NCBI RefSeq assembly: GCF_006345805.1
Contig: NC_042997.1
Location: 19,778,001-19,842,000 of the forward strand
From: Octopus sinensis
Lineage: Eukaryota
DNA length: 64,000 nt
Direction of reading: 5' to 3'
Shown here: piece by piece, positions 38,471-51,240 of the stretch
How the letters are laid out: each line of letters starts with the position of its first letter
How positions within the stretch are numbered: the stretch's first letter is position 1
The notes under the pieces: generated by a model
The model's database searches: none
The model's input: the letters and a program-made list of their open reading frames with translations, nothing else
Told to the model about the DNA's origin: nothing
Made by a program: the position numbers and the translations under genes

Positions 38471-41289
38471 TTAAAGAATTGCATGCTCATTGTGATTAGC
38501 AATGTGCAACAACATTTGATAGCTTAGTCTATATAAGCAATAGTCTATATAGTCTATATAGCTTATCTTGCTATATGGAAAATGTTAGACAGTAGCACAT
38601 TTATTAGATTAGTAAAAAAAATGGAAGGACTTTAATAGGAGTTCATATAAAAAATGAAGCCATTTCAAAAGTGTTGAAAACTAGAATTCTGAATGTTTTC
38701 TTGCTATCAATATGATTAGTAATGCGAGTTACAAAACCTCATGTACAAATAGAGAAGATGCAAGATGCTAGCTGTATAGAGATAAACAATAATTTCTTAC
38801 TGAGGTGCAAGGTTTGATGTTTTGTGGGAAAGTGTTAGCTAATACCATTGAGCCAAGTACTTGACTGGTGCTTTATCTTATCCAACCCCAAATGGCTTGA
38901 AGTCAAAGCTGACCTCAGCAGGATTTGAACTCAGAAAGTAAAGAGTTAAAATAAAAAAATTTTGCATGGCATTTTGTCAGACACACCATCAGTGTCATTG
39001 AGGGGAAAATGTGCAGTGAAGTAACATGTAGGGATAAGAAGTACAAATCTTTTAGGAACAAAATGTACAAATGTTAACAATATGAACTGAAAGGAACTGA
39101 ATGCTAATGCATGAACATGGTATGCTGACAGTAGTAAATAATTTCATGATACAAGGAGCTAATATACCAACTAAAGTGCAGTCGGATGTGCTTAATAAAT
39201 AGTTATGTTTACATATTACCATGAGGTAATGTGTAATATTTTCTCAACCTATACAGCAATACAAGTTTTTTTTTGTATTTGCAAGAAATCTGCAGTAATT
39301 AGTAAAGAACAACTTCCTTACAATACTGATATGCCATGTGAGAGGATCTGGTTGACAGTAACTGAAAGAAGTCGGTTATAAACATATATGCATATATGTA
39401 TGTGTGTTTGTGCTATCTTGTCTTGACATTATGTGATAGTCGCAAATCATTGTCAGCGTCAAACAAGCAGTATCATTTCTTTCCAATCTTCCATGAAAAC
39501 AAGTAAGGTAACATCTGGTTACTTTGCTTAATGAAGTTTGGCAACAAGAAGGGCTTCAAACCATAAAAAATCTGCCTTAACGAATTCTGTTTGACCTATG
39601 CAAGCATGAAAAAAAATGGACATTAAATGAAAATGATGAAAGGACACAAGTAAATTGCAAAAGTGACATGAACTAAAAGTTGCTGACCAATGTATGCAAG
39701 AACCATGGCTACACTAGAATTACAGATAAAGCTACAATATTATGCAGAAATACTACTATAGTAGTATGACAGATAAAGTAAAATGATAAATGTGGGATGA
39801 AAAATGTTGCAAGTTGCTGGTAGAAAGTACTTTCAACAGATGCTGTCAAAATGCGTTTCAAAAGAATATTAAATATCAGACCAGAGAAATCCCACCTTCT
39901 GAAATGATGTGTAAAATGGATGAAAATGAAGATTAAGTAAGCTGTGCAAAAATAATGTTATAATAACAAATCTTTAATCATTTTACCTGTTCTTGATCAT
40001 TATTTGTGCTTTATGAAATAGACCATAAAACAATATAGTTCATTTTTCTTTCTGTAGAGAATTCTGAGTGGAAAAATACATCTTCAAATCTACCCTCCCC
40101 TCTAAAAAAAAGAAAGGAAAAATATAAATAGAAAGTATGCTGGATTCACATCAGTTAAACGTTTCTTGAAATAAAAATAACCTGTCCTGCTCTTTTGAGT
40201 AAATCACCCGTTCTCTTGTAGTAAAAAATAGCAGTTAAAATTTCAATATGTGATGCTGCTATACTTTCATATCAAATACCTTCATTTCAGGTATAAAAAC
40301 ATCTTTAGTATTTTCTAAAGTTATCTCCTAATGAGAATTAATTTTTCAGCAGGTAATAAAATTTTACGACTTTCAATCAAATGTAGAATGGAAATATGAA
40401 TATCTAACGAAGAGAATTTCACTTTTAATATGTTCAGCATTTTAACTGTATGGTTGGCAGTCACGTGTTATTACAAACTGTTCTTTCACATTCAGCTTTC
40501 TCGTTGATCAAGAAACCTCAACTCATGAAACTAAATTGAATCTTTTCTAAAATGGTAAGTTCCAATAGATATAGGCTCCAAATTTTAGCTACTGTTAGTA
40601 GAAATATAACAAATTAAGGCCTAATAAATTAATGTAGCTTTAACTATACTGCAAACATGTCATCATTCCTCTGTTAATTAGTTTCATTATCAGATTTATG
40701 AGTTTTAAGCCTCAATGATTTATAAATAATTGCCCTTCTCAAATGCAGTCCTCTTACTAGTTAATAATGTTGCCAGTACGCAAACTATTGAGGACAGCAT
40801 TCTCTTAAATTAACTATTTGGTTACTTTTAGTTTTTCTTTACCAATACTTTATTTTGTTTTACAACAATTTTATACTCATTTTCCTTTGGTTAAATTTAT
40901 TTCATTAATTTAAATTGTAGAACAATATACAATGCCCAGATCATCATCTCTACTGCATTGTTTAGACTCCATATATATCAGTATTCTCATCCCAGTATTT
41001 GACATAGTGTTTACTTGTATGTCGCCAGTCATATCGTATTATTAAGTGTTGTTAATCAAGAAAAGTTGTTAAAGATACAACTTTGTAAACTACCAACATA
41101 TGAATGCATCTGAACTTCAGTGAGCCAAACAGGGAGCCTCAGTGGTATTCTGCAACTTACTAGAAGTAACAACAAATTTCCCACTCTACTATGCTGTTAT
41201 TATCTTAAATAAAGAGGAATTTATTGGACCATGTAGCTCCTGATGTAGAAAAAGACTGGATTGTCCCTTCTGAAAGGCTTTGGCTATAA

Positions 41290-41900
41290 TAATATAATAA
41301 TAATAATGAAATTATTGTATACAGTGCTCAAGTGCACCACAACTTGTCAAAAGTGCATATAAAGCATATGCAGTAATGTACAAATGTCTGGAAAGTGAAC
41401 AGTGTATGAGTCAGATACATGCTCGCATGTGTATAGAGGGGAGAAAATCAGGTGTAGTGTTGGCGAATCTCAGGAAGCATGGAAGTTTTAAAGGATGCAG
41501 TGCTCCAATAACAAACAACTGATGCCTGCAGTTTGTTCCATGCTTCAGCAACTCTTAGTGTGAAAAAATGTTTCCGAAAGTCATGGGAGCTGTGCTGTTT
41601 TCTGACTTTGTAAACATGTCCACAGGTGTTAGCTAGGTGGAGTTTGAAAAGGTGCTCAGAGTCTGTTCAATCAGCGTTGATCTGGAGCCTCAGTGTTTTC
41701 TGTTCCTCCCATAACAGCATGGGTTGCATAGAACTAATGTGGAGCATATTCTACAATTCTGAGTTTTTCATCATCTTTTCATTGAAGTTATTCTGAATTT
41801 TCATCCCAGCCACTGCTAGCCCATGTTAAATATTTTTACACAGAAACCCCTTAATTTATATCCTATCAAAATCAGTGTTGTCATCACTTTAGTAAAGTTG
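41290..41900 (-). mobile_element. CR1-type LINE 3' end
   Basis: GHVYKVRKQHSSHDFRKHFFTLRVAEAWNKL...FKTSMLPEIRQHYT* (cf. RGH...R..FF..RV...WN.L), plus a (TTA)n-type tail at the left end. Confidence 0.85.
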
Positions 41901-42100
41901 GCATGATAGATTTAAAAGTCAGCACCTCTTTTAGCTACCTTCATCACCAACTTCAATGCAAATTAGCAATATACATCAAATAGATCGCACTTGCTTCATT
42001 TCTTTGAAGTTACCATAAATATTCTGTTTCTGGTATCCATATCTCACTACCATGCAACTTCAAATATGATGAGTATTTTATACAGCCTTCCCTTTATATA

Positions 42101-42667
42101 TTGGGTTGTCTGGTAAGTTCATGCCAATTTATAGTAGCTTGCTTTTGAACTTATTTTAGAATATGGTTGAGTGCATAAAATAGGATTTGACTACACCTCC
42201 ATTTAGAGCACAGTTTAAGCTATCTTTTCGTGGAAGGAGGTTTATGTTCCTATAACCTGTGTTAATTCTGTAACCCTTTAAAATGGAAGATAAGAAAGTT
42301 CGCTTTTGGCACTTGATGCTTTGGGAAGCAGACAAAAATTGCTGCAGCTCGGCTGGGATGTGTTACCCCACCCTCCATATTCACCAGATATTGCTCCTTC
42401 AGATTTCCACTTATTCAGGTCTTTGCAGAATAGTCTTAATGGTAAAAATTTTAATTCCTTTGATGACATAAAAAGATACCTTTTATGAATTATTTGCCAT
42501 GAAACCACCTCAATTCTGGGAAGAGGGTATTTTTGAGTTAAAGGAAAGATGGAGATGCATTGTGCAACAAAATGGTTCATATTTGGTTGATTAAAAATGT
42601 AAAGGCAAGTATTTATTGACCTTTTTCTTTCCTTTAAAAATCGGCACGAACTTTCCGGACAAACCAA
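42101..42667 (+). mobile_element. Mariner internal-deletion derivative with both TIRs and TA TSD
   Basis: TIRs ttgggttgtctggtaagttcatgccaattt and aaatcggcacgaactttccggacaaaccaa; TA at 42099-42100 and 42668-42669. N-terminal MEDKKVRF is joined to LGWDVLPHPPYSPDIAPSDFHLFRSL. Confidence 0.93.
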
Positions 42668-44099
42668 TAGAATGTTAAACCCTTCATTGTCAACAAAAGC
42701 AACATCAACTTCATCCACCCTCTCCAATATCTATAGTTGACATCTATGTTATTTCTTTGAGAAATGCAGAATTACAGTTTCCTTATATGATTTTGTAGGT
42801 TGTGGATACAGAATCATGAAAGGGTAGGAATAAATACCACAAGGTATTTGTTCCAGTTTTATGTGCTCCAAGTTCAAATCTCATTAGGGGCAACAACCTT
42901 TTGATGTTGATAAATAAAGTACATATCCAGGATAGGGAATTTTCAGAATTGTTTGAACATCAGAAAATACCTTACAACTATTTGCATTCTGAGTTCCTGG
43001 AAAGTAGACTTATTCAGTTGCCTGGTTTAACAACATCACATTGTTCTAGGCTACCTTTAATGGAGCTCCCTCTATTGAAAGTATTTGGGACAGGCCTTAC
43101 CTAAAAGATAACTTTCCATCAGTCTTGAATACTGAGAAAAATGGGTTAAGAGCATTGCCCTCCTCTCTACAAAAAAGAAATGAAAAATAAAAATAGAAAG
43201 TATAGAAAGTATGTCAGTAAAACATTTCTTGAAATAAAAACAACCTATCCTGCTCTTTTAAGTAAATCACCAATTCTCTTGTAGTAAAAAATAGCAGTTA
43301 ATAATCATATAGAAGAAATTTGAATTAGTTGATATTAGAGAAGGACTGGTAGACATTCTGTGGTGCAAATAGTATCACAGACACCCAACAAAAGACAGAT
43401 AATGGTTCAAGTTCCTCAGCAGACCTGTTTCTTTATGCCAGTTTTGTTTTGTTTTTCTTTGGACTCAGATTAGCGTTTCTCAGTTAATAATCACTTTACG
43501 TTCTGCCAAAGTTGACTTCGCTTTGCATCCTTTCGGGGTTGATAAAATAAGTACTAGTTGGGCATTAGTGTCAATGTAATCGATCTAGCCACTCCCCTAA
43601 AATTGCTGGCCTAGTGCCAAAATTTGGAATCATTATCACTATACATTAAACAAAACGTTACCATACCACTGAATAACAATATTGCATGTCTAAATATTGT
43701 TTAATATTATTTTAAACAGACTTGATATGATTATGTACATAAAATAACAATGTTTTCCAATGATGCATAACTTTGTTTAGGTGTTAGATGCTATAGATGT
43801 CTTGTCTATAATTTTTGTGTCTGTATGTGTAATCCAAAGACTGAATGGTTTAAAATTCTCTTATCACCTCAATAAACTAAAAACCCTGTATTTCTATAAT
43901 ATGAATGTATGTAACAAAATTTTGCCAATATAAAACATATTTACATGCTTATTGGAATATATCTACATTTAAATAACAATAATTGTAGATTTTAGTATAG
44001 CTAAAATTCTTTTACTGGTAAATCTTTCTTATAGTTTACAACCAAAAAAAGACATATATTCCTGCATAGACAGGCATTCAAACACAAAGATTTCAAGTT

Positions 44100-44560
44100 T
44101 AAGTGATATCAAGTGAACCATTTGATTCTTCTCTTTGAAACTTTCTCATAAGTTGGTACTTTCTTCAGATTTATTACTTGCTTTTCTGTTGAATAATGTA
44201 AAGATCAGATCAAATTGACTTAAATCTCTAATTTTTCAACATATTTCTTTGATGTAAACCTGACCTCAGTAGAACTGAGAAATATTAAATGTTTCTCAGA
44301 AGACCAGAATTAGCTTCATTAATGTCCTTGTATTGAAACATCTCATAAATTATCTTCACTCTATGACTATCACTTTCTTTGTTTATACCATACAGTAGTC
44401 ATGAGAGACATGCCATTTATGCAACCATAAAACCCCTCATATCACATTTTATATCTGGACTTCTCTTCACTTAATCCTCTTAAGAAAAGCCAAAGTCATT
44501 AAGCTTAGACTGAAAAGTTGAGTGTAACCATCACAATATTTCCTATTATTACCTATCTTC
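44100..44560 (+). mobile_element. Possible decayed Penelope-like RT remnant
   Basis: FFDVNL (cf. FLDV.L) and IPYSS (cf. IPYSQ) echoes only. Confidence 0.3.
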
Positions 44561-45539
44561 CATTTCTACAGAAATATGTAATTCCTAAGTTTATCTATTT
44601 CAATACAGACACACACAAATACGAAGCAATATTCAAAATTCATTGAAAAGAAATGCAAATTACTGAAACTGACAGCATTATATTCTTGATGGAAGCAACA
44701 ACAGAATAAAATGTATGAATGCAACTCGGTTGCACAGAGGAGTGTATTAACAAAATAATCCACACACACAAAACTCACTTTTCTAAATTATGTCCAGCCA
44801 TTTATCTTGCTATGTTCATTTCCAATTCCCATACTGCTGTGTGTTTATATTTATATTATCAATTTCCTCTTCCATTGTAAAATAGCGTGTATTGTATCTA
44901 TGCAAGAAATCTATATTTATATTAGCATTCAACACAACAAATCTCTTCATATAACAAGTAAATTAGCTGTGGTTCTCAAGTGCTAAACTACAGACTGGAC
45001 AATCATGGGTCAAACCCTGTAACAGCCTTTGTGTCCAGCCCATTGGCAAAATATATAATACAGTTTTATTCAAGTTTGCTGACCTAAAAATAGATATCTT
45101 CCCAATATCATAGCCGATAAATTAGCATTAGTAAATTCATCCAGAAGTAAATTTACCCTTTCCTCTGTAAAAACTATTCACCGATATCTGAAAAATTAAC
45201 GGAAAATATGTAAAGGAAAAAATAATATCATTTATGTAGAGCAGTCTTGCTATAGGCTGCAACATCATCTATCTATGTCCTGTGGTCTCTGAAAAAACTA
45301 GGTGCAAATGAATGGCTTGCAGGTGGTTCAAACTGTCAAAGACTATGGGTTTTAATAAGTAAGAAAGATAACAGGAGCCCAGTAATAGGAAATAGCCTTA
45401 TTCAATTTGTAAAAATTGGGTAGGTATACACTCTATACACTGTCTTTGATGTAGGCTGTGGACACACAAGAGATGCAATTGAATCACTGGTAGTCTATCT
45501 GAGAATTTAAACTTTATATGTAGTAGGAGCTTTATATAG

Positions 45540-45915
45540 GCACAGGAGTGGCTGTGTGGTAAGTAGCTTGTTTATCAAGCACATGGTTTCGGGTTCAGTC
45601 CCACTGTGTGGCACCTTGGGCAAGTGCCTTCTACTATAGCCTCAGGCTGACCAAAGCCTTGTGAGTGGATTTGGTAGACGGAAACTGAAAGAAGCCTGTC
45701 GTATATATATATATGCATGTGTGTATATGTTTGTGTGTCTGTGTTTGTCCCCCTACCATCGCTTGACAACTAATGCTGGTGTGTTTACACCCCCATAACT
45801 TAGCGGTTCGGCAAAAGAGACTGATAGAATAAATACTAGGCTGGGGTCGATTTGCTCAACTAAAGGCAGTGCTCCAGCATGGCCACAGTCAAGTGACTGA
45901 AACAGGTAAAAGAGT
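45540..45915 (+). mobile_element. SINE family A, near full length
   Basis: caggagtggctgtgtggtaagtagc...gggttcagtccc head and gactgaaacaggtaaaagagta tail. Confidence 0.9.
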
Positions 45916-45949
45916 AGATGCACTGGAGCAGTATGTACAAGCACACCTG

Positions 45950-46250
45950 AAATTGAGTTACTTAAATGCCTTGATGGTTCATTAGAAGTAGTCAATACTG
46001 GGGAGATGTTATTAGCAAGGGAGGTGGTTACTTGCAAGAGTAAGAATTAGTTGGAGAAGGTTAAAGCTACAACTACTGCTGACAACAAAGATCTTTTTTC
46101 TAAAAGTGGAGGGCAAAATGTAGGATGCTTGTGTTAGAACTGCAATGCTGCATGGCAGTAAGATATGGGTCTTGAATGCAGAGGACTTGAGAAGACTGGA
46201 AAGAAACTAAGTGAGCACGTTCCATTGGATGTGCAATGTGTGTGTGTGTA
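45950..46250 (+). mobile_element. RTE LINE RT C-terminal remnant
   Basis: LKCLDGSLEVV...ACVRTAMLHGSKIWVLNAEDLRRLERN...WMCNV. Confidence 0.85.
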
Positions 46251-46289
46251 AAAGAATTAGTACAAAGACACTGAGTGAAAATGGGTATA

Positions 46290-47075
46290 AGAGGAACTAG
46301 AAGTCGTGAGAGAATTGAGAATATTCTGCATAATGAACTTGGTATAAAGAAGGTTACTGCTTGGTGGGTGCCACTTCTTCTGAAACCTGATCAAAAACAC
46401 ACCAGGCTGATCACATCACAGGAAAATCTGACATTGAGGCAGATCCAGCTGGTTTCCTTGAACAATTCCAAGCCCAAGATAAATGCTGGGCTCATCACTT
46501 TGAGTTAGAAACAAAAAGACAATCTATGCTGTGGAAACACCCCATGGTGGGAAGGTGATGGCCTTGGTTGTTTGGGGTGCAAGAAGCATTGTGTTTATTG
46601 GCTAACTTCAAAAGGACCACACTATCAATGGAGAGTACTATGCCAATTTATCGACACAGTTACAAAATCCTATCAAGACTAACAGCCCAGGAAAACTGAT
46701 GAAAGGGGTTTTGTTTTATCAGGACAATGTTCCAGTACCCAAGAGCTTGCTTTTAATGACTGCTGTGCATGACTGTGGCTTTGAATTGGTTGATCACTCT
46801 CTTTATTCTCCTGATTTGGCCCCCATCTATGATTTGTTCTCCAACATTAAAAACTCTTTCGCTGGGAACCAGTATTTCAGTGATGATAATGCCATATCTG
46901 CTGTTGACGACTTTTTTAACCAACAGGAAGAAAGCTTCTTTATCAACGAGATCCAAATACTGCAATTATGATGAAAGAAGGGTATGGACTGCAAGGGGGA
47001 CTTTGTTGAAAAATTGCCTCCATTTGGTCACATTCCTTGAGCATATCTTGATAAGCCTGTGAACTTTCAGACCAG
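46290..47075 (+). mobile_element. Mariner transposase remnant (catalytic region, pseudogenised)
   Basis: KKVTAWWVPLLL (cf. WVPxxL), TINGEYYA, KGVLFYQDNVP and HSLYSPDLAP. Confidence 0.9.
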
Positions 47076-47086
47076 CTACACAAGCA

Positions 47087-47152
47087 TGTATGTATGTATG
47101 TATGTATGTATGTATGTATGTATGTATGTATGTATGTATGTATGTATGTATG

Positions 47153-47181
<29 letters not shown>
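47087..47181. repeat. (TATG)n microsatellite
   Basis: Direct reading. Confidence 0.95.
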
Positions 47182-47183
<2 letters not shown>

Positions 47184-47228
47184 GTAAGTATGTATGTACA
47201 AGTATGTATGTATTTTTATATGTATATA

Positions 47229-48131
47229 CAAAATGGTATCAAAAAGTTATTGAACTAGTATGCCTAATAAAAAATAACTTATTTACCTAAGTTTTAACAT
47301 CAATTCCTTTCAAATAGTCACCTTGACAGCAATACACCAGTCTCAGGGTTCCTGCTACTTTTGGAATCTGGCCTGGAGGTTGTTTTCTGTAAGCAAGTCA
47401 AGGACCTGTGATTTGCTCTAGATCTCAACAACAGTGTTAAAATGGTTACCTTTCAGCTGCATTTTCATCTTGGGGAGAGATAGAAGTCTGCAGGTGCTAA
47501 ATCTGGCAAAAAGGGTGGGTGCAGAAGTGATACCATGCTGCTTTTGGGTGAGAAACACACAAATAAGGAGAGCTCAGTGACAGGATGCATTGTTGTCTTG
47601 ATGAATTCAGTTCTTCACACTCCACAGATCCCATCACTTTCACTGAATGTCCTCTCTCAAACGCTTCAAAACGTCGTAGTAGAACTGTCAATTGATGGTC
47701 TGGTCTTAGAGGATGAATTCTTGATGCACAATATCATGGATGTCGAAAGAAAACCGATGATTATGCTTTTAATTGAGCTGCAGCTCTGTTGTGCACCAGT
47801 GTCACTCAAAACATTGTGTACAACACATTGCCTCATTGTTGTAAGCTTACCAAAGCATGCTCGATGTCTCTGTAGCAAACTACCCAAGTTTAACGCAAAA
47901 TTTCACGTTGACTCTTTATTCCAACTTCCTGTCCATGATACACATCACAGACTACACCATACATGTGATCACAAAAGTACAAATTTCACAAATTGCAAAG
48001 TGAACACAGCAATATCACTCAGCACACTGCCTCATGAAGGTCACTGCCAGCTCTCATTGCACACACAACCATGTGCTGCCATCTGTTGCTGCACTACAGA
48101 ACTAATCTGGGAACTTTTTGATACCATCTCA
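47229..48131 (-). mobile_element. Mariner-derived non-autonomous element with both TIRs and TA TSD
   Basis: TIRs caaaatggtatcaaaaagtt and aactttttgataccatctca; TA at 47227-47228 and 48132-48133. Minus strand gives PDLAPADFYL.PKMKMQLKGNHF. Confidence 0.88.
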
Positions 48132-48935
48132 TATGTATGCATGTATGTATGTATGTATGTATATATGTATATGTATATATATATATGGGGTAGTGAGAAA
48201 TAATATCACATTTCATATAATGAGATGAAATCAGTATAAAACATATTTTGACATAGGTCTTCTTCAGTTGTGCTTTTCATTGTATTATTGGTGAGAACAG
48301 GTCTTTCTGATTAATACCTTTCCAAAATATCAAAGTTACCGTTTTTCAGTTTGGCATTTCTAAACACTTACACCATCAGGATATACAGTAAATATGCTTT
48401 CACTGCCCTTAAGGAATTTGTAAAGCAAGCAACGTTGAATATGCAGCTCACTATAGATTCTTTGTCTTCCTAGGGCTATCAGCTAGAGTATATACACACG
48501 TATGGCATGTGTCCACTTTAAAATTTGGTCATTAGCTCTATATTGATTGGTTGATTATCAGGTTACCTTTTATTGGTTTACAAGCTATTTGCAACAGAAC
48601 ATCAGACTATTTGCTTGAAAATACAACACATTATTTTACAATAACCCTAACATGTGTATGCATGTGTGTTAAAACTTCAGCAAACCATACAATGCAGAGG
48701 AAACATAACATTTAATTTTTAATGGAAATTGATTCTTCCATACTACTAGGCCAAAATGTATTAAAAGAATATGGCATAAATTTTAAAATAACAGTTGTAG
48801 GTGAAATATAACTTTTGTGCATAAACAATAGTTTTAAAATATTTACAGTTGATGAGTATGTTCTGAAAAACTTAAGAATTGTTTTGGTCAAGTACTGATA
48901 ATACAGTATAATGTAATATTGTACAAATGTTAATA

Positions 48936-49010
48936 GGCTAATTCGCTGGTGTAATGGTAACACAGTTGCGTTAACAAAGGGATGTTGGTTCAAGTCCTGT
49001 GCAGATAGGA
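48936..49010 (+). mobile_element. tRNA-like SINE head (not a functional tRNA)
   Basis: A-box-like tggtgtaatggta and B-box-like ggttcaagtcc, but I could not fold a complete cloverleaf. Confidence 0.5.
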
Positions 49011-49464
49011 AAGCCTACTTTTTTTCCATCGTGGGCTTATATGCCCTGTCATTAAACTATATTCTTTAGTCACTGCACGGTGATCGCTGTAAGCTTTAAG
49101 CTTATATAAATACCAGTATTATTGTTATTTACAGGATTGTAAAACTCAGCACCGTATAACAAAATCATTCACACCGAAAGTATATAGAGAAGAATAAATC
49201 CTATGGTCTAATTGTTCGATTAAATGCGGTGCTACAGCATGGCTGCAGTCAAATGACTGAAACAAGTAAAAGAAAGGTATTATAAATCTACATATAGGTA
49301 CACATATACGGCAACTAAATAAGAGAGAAAACATGAAACCTCTCTTCTGTGTATTTTTGTCAGTCCAGAAGAGGTTTCATGATATTTTACAGGAACAAAG
49401 AAAGAGGTTAGTAACTGTTTATTGAGAGATTTGTAATATTGTTACCCAGACAACTGATTATTAA

Positions 49465-49685
49465 CCCTTTAGTGTTTGCATTATTCTGCCAAAATTAATC
49501 CCTTTTTATTCACATTGTTTTGAACTAATCATGCATTATCTTGTAGCTATGAGAATTTGATGAGGTAGCTATTAATTTTTAAAACGATATTGTAGGGTTG
49601 GGGTGAGAGGTCAGATCTGGCCAGTTTGACTATAAAACAGGCAGAATACTTTTGGCCGGATATGGCCGATTTAAACGCTAAAGGG
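49465..49685. mobile_element. piggyBac-type MITE, 221 bp, TTAA TSD
   Basis: TTAA|ccctttagtgttt ... aaacgctaaaggg|TTAA; TIRs match 12/13. Confidence 0.9.
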
Positions 49686-50987
49686 TTAAACATTTAGAGC
49701 TTTTAAAATATAAGAACAGAACAGATGAAACAGTTAATGACAAGGTTGAAATAAGTTGAAAACATAATAGGTAATAAATGAAAATTATCATGTTTTTCAC
49801 TGAGAAGAAACCAGAAATATATACTAATCTTATTACAAGAAACAATAAAAGATGAAATATATTGAGTTACAATACAGCATATCCAGTTAAAGCATGATGT
49901 TGCTGGGAAGAAATGAAGAAATTAAATAAAGGCAGCTTCCCCAGAGCAATCAAACGGCCATAGGGATGGTGAAAAAGAGATTAAGTCAATGAATTCAGAA
50001 AAGATAACAGGATCTTTAGGCATGGTGAATTGATGAACCATCAGTTGGTGACTGTCTAAATAAAACAACAATCATTACAGATATCTTGCAATGAAGATCA
50101 TAAATTAAAATATTTCTCTGGAGAGAAGACATAAAATGTTATTCATGAACCTAAAATTTATTTATAACATGAGAATTAGAATATTTACATAATGTGCCCT
50201 GGTTAATATTGAACAGAGATGATGAGAATTTATCATTACAATGATTTCAACTAGTTTTTCATGCTTCATTGAACTTGTTGAATGTAGATTCAAATTCCAT
50301 TTATTCACAATAATGAGGTAGATCATTAGCAATTTAAACTATATAAGTGTTCTGACTCCATAAGGGCATACATAATCCAAATGGGTATTCACAGCTAAAT
50401 GGTTTTCCAAAGTCCAATACCAATAATTTATTCCATATTTTACTTGTCAAAAATTTTTAAGTAGAAAAGGATTATTTTTCAAAATGTTTTAAGGCTTCTT
50501 TAATTTAAACATTGAGGAATTCATTTACAATAAACAGTTAAGAAATAAAGAGTAAACAACTAATTTCAGTAGAGTTTTATAAATTCTCAAGAGTTAGCTA
50601 ACGAAAAAAACAAAATTTTTCAAAATTTGTCTATGTCTTACATTTAAAAAAAAATCATATTATGAAACCAAAAGAATTAGGTTCAGATAATTCTGTTAGT
50701 TAAATTAGACATCTTAAAATAATCAGGTCTGTGCAAATACAATGTATCAGTTTAAAACTATTATATCATTAGAACAGAAGTTGATTTTAAGTTGATCTAT
50801 GAAACATGTCTGATCTTAACTTAAACACCAAAGGTTTATTTTGATCATTCATTTGCCATTTTTGTTAATTCATATCAATAAAACTTACTTATAACTGCAT
50901 TGGAATAATTACTCCCATTTTAGATGCAATTACCATCAGGATAAGAATTTTGATTATTTATCAACAGTATCGTTAGTAAAACCCGTT

Positions 50988-51240
50988 ATGGAGGCATGTG
51001 ATGCAGTGGTTAGGGTGTCAGCATCATGATCATAAGATTGTAGTTTCGATTCCTGGACCAGGCAACGTGTTGTGTTCTTGAGCAAAACACTTCATTTCAC
51101 GTTGCTGGAGTCCACTCAGCTGGCAAAAATAAGTAATGCTGCGATGGACTTGCATCCCATCCAGCTGGGGATCACATACACTATAGAAACCGGGAAACCA
51201 GGCCCATGAACCTGGCTAGGCTTTAAAAGGGTGCATTTAT
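50988..51240 (+). mobile_element. tRNA-derived SINE related to family C (old copy)
   Basis: ggaggcatgtgatgcagtggttaggg...gtttcgattcctgg head; gaaaccgggaaaccaggccc tail like the one at 35570-35640. Confidence 0.75.

Noticed and set aside
40496-40560. Exon-like piece ending ATG|GTAAGT
   Set aside because: All three frames are closed, no compatible downstream exon was found, and such signals occur by chance in 64 kb.
47535-48203. Longest ORF in the track (222 aa)
   Set aside because: It lies mostly antisense within the mariner-derived element 47229-48131 and runs out into (TATG)n; not a host gene.
48936-49010. Possible tRNA gene
   Set aside because: A and B boxes are present but acceptor and anticodon stems do not pair; treated as a SINE head.
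49030-49070. Minus-strand hairpin GGGC-atataa-GCCC in a hammerhead-like arrangement, and ctgatgtcc at ~3518
   Set aside because: The CTGATGA and GAAA core positions are too degenerate to support a ribozyme call.
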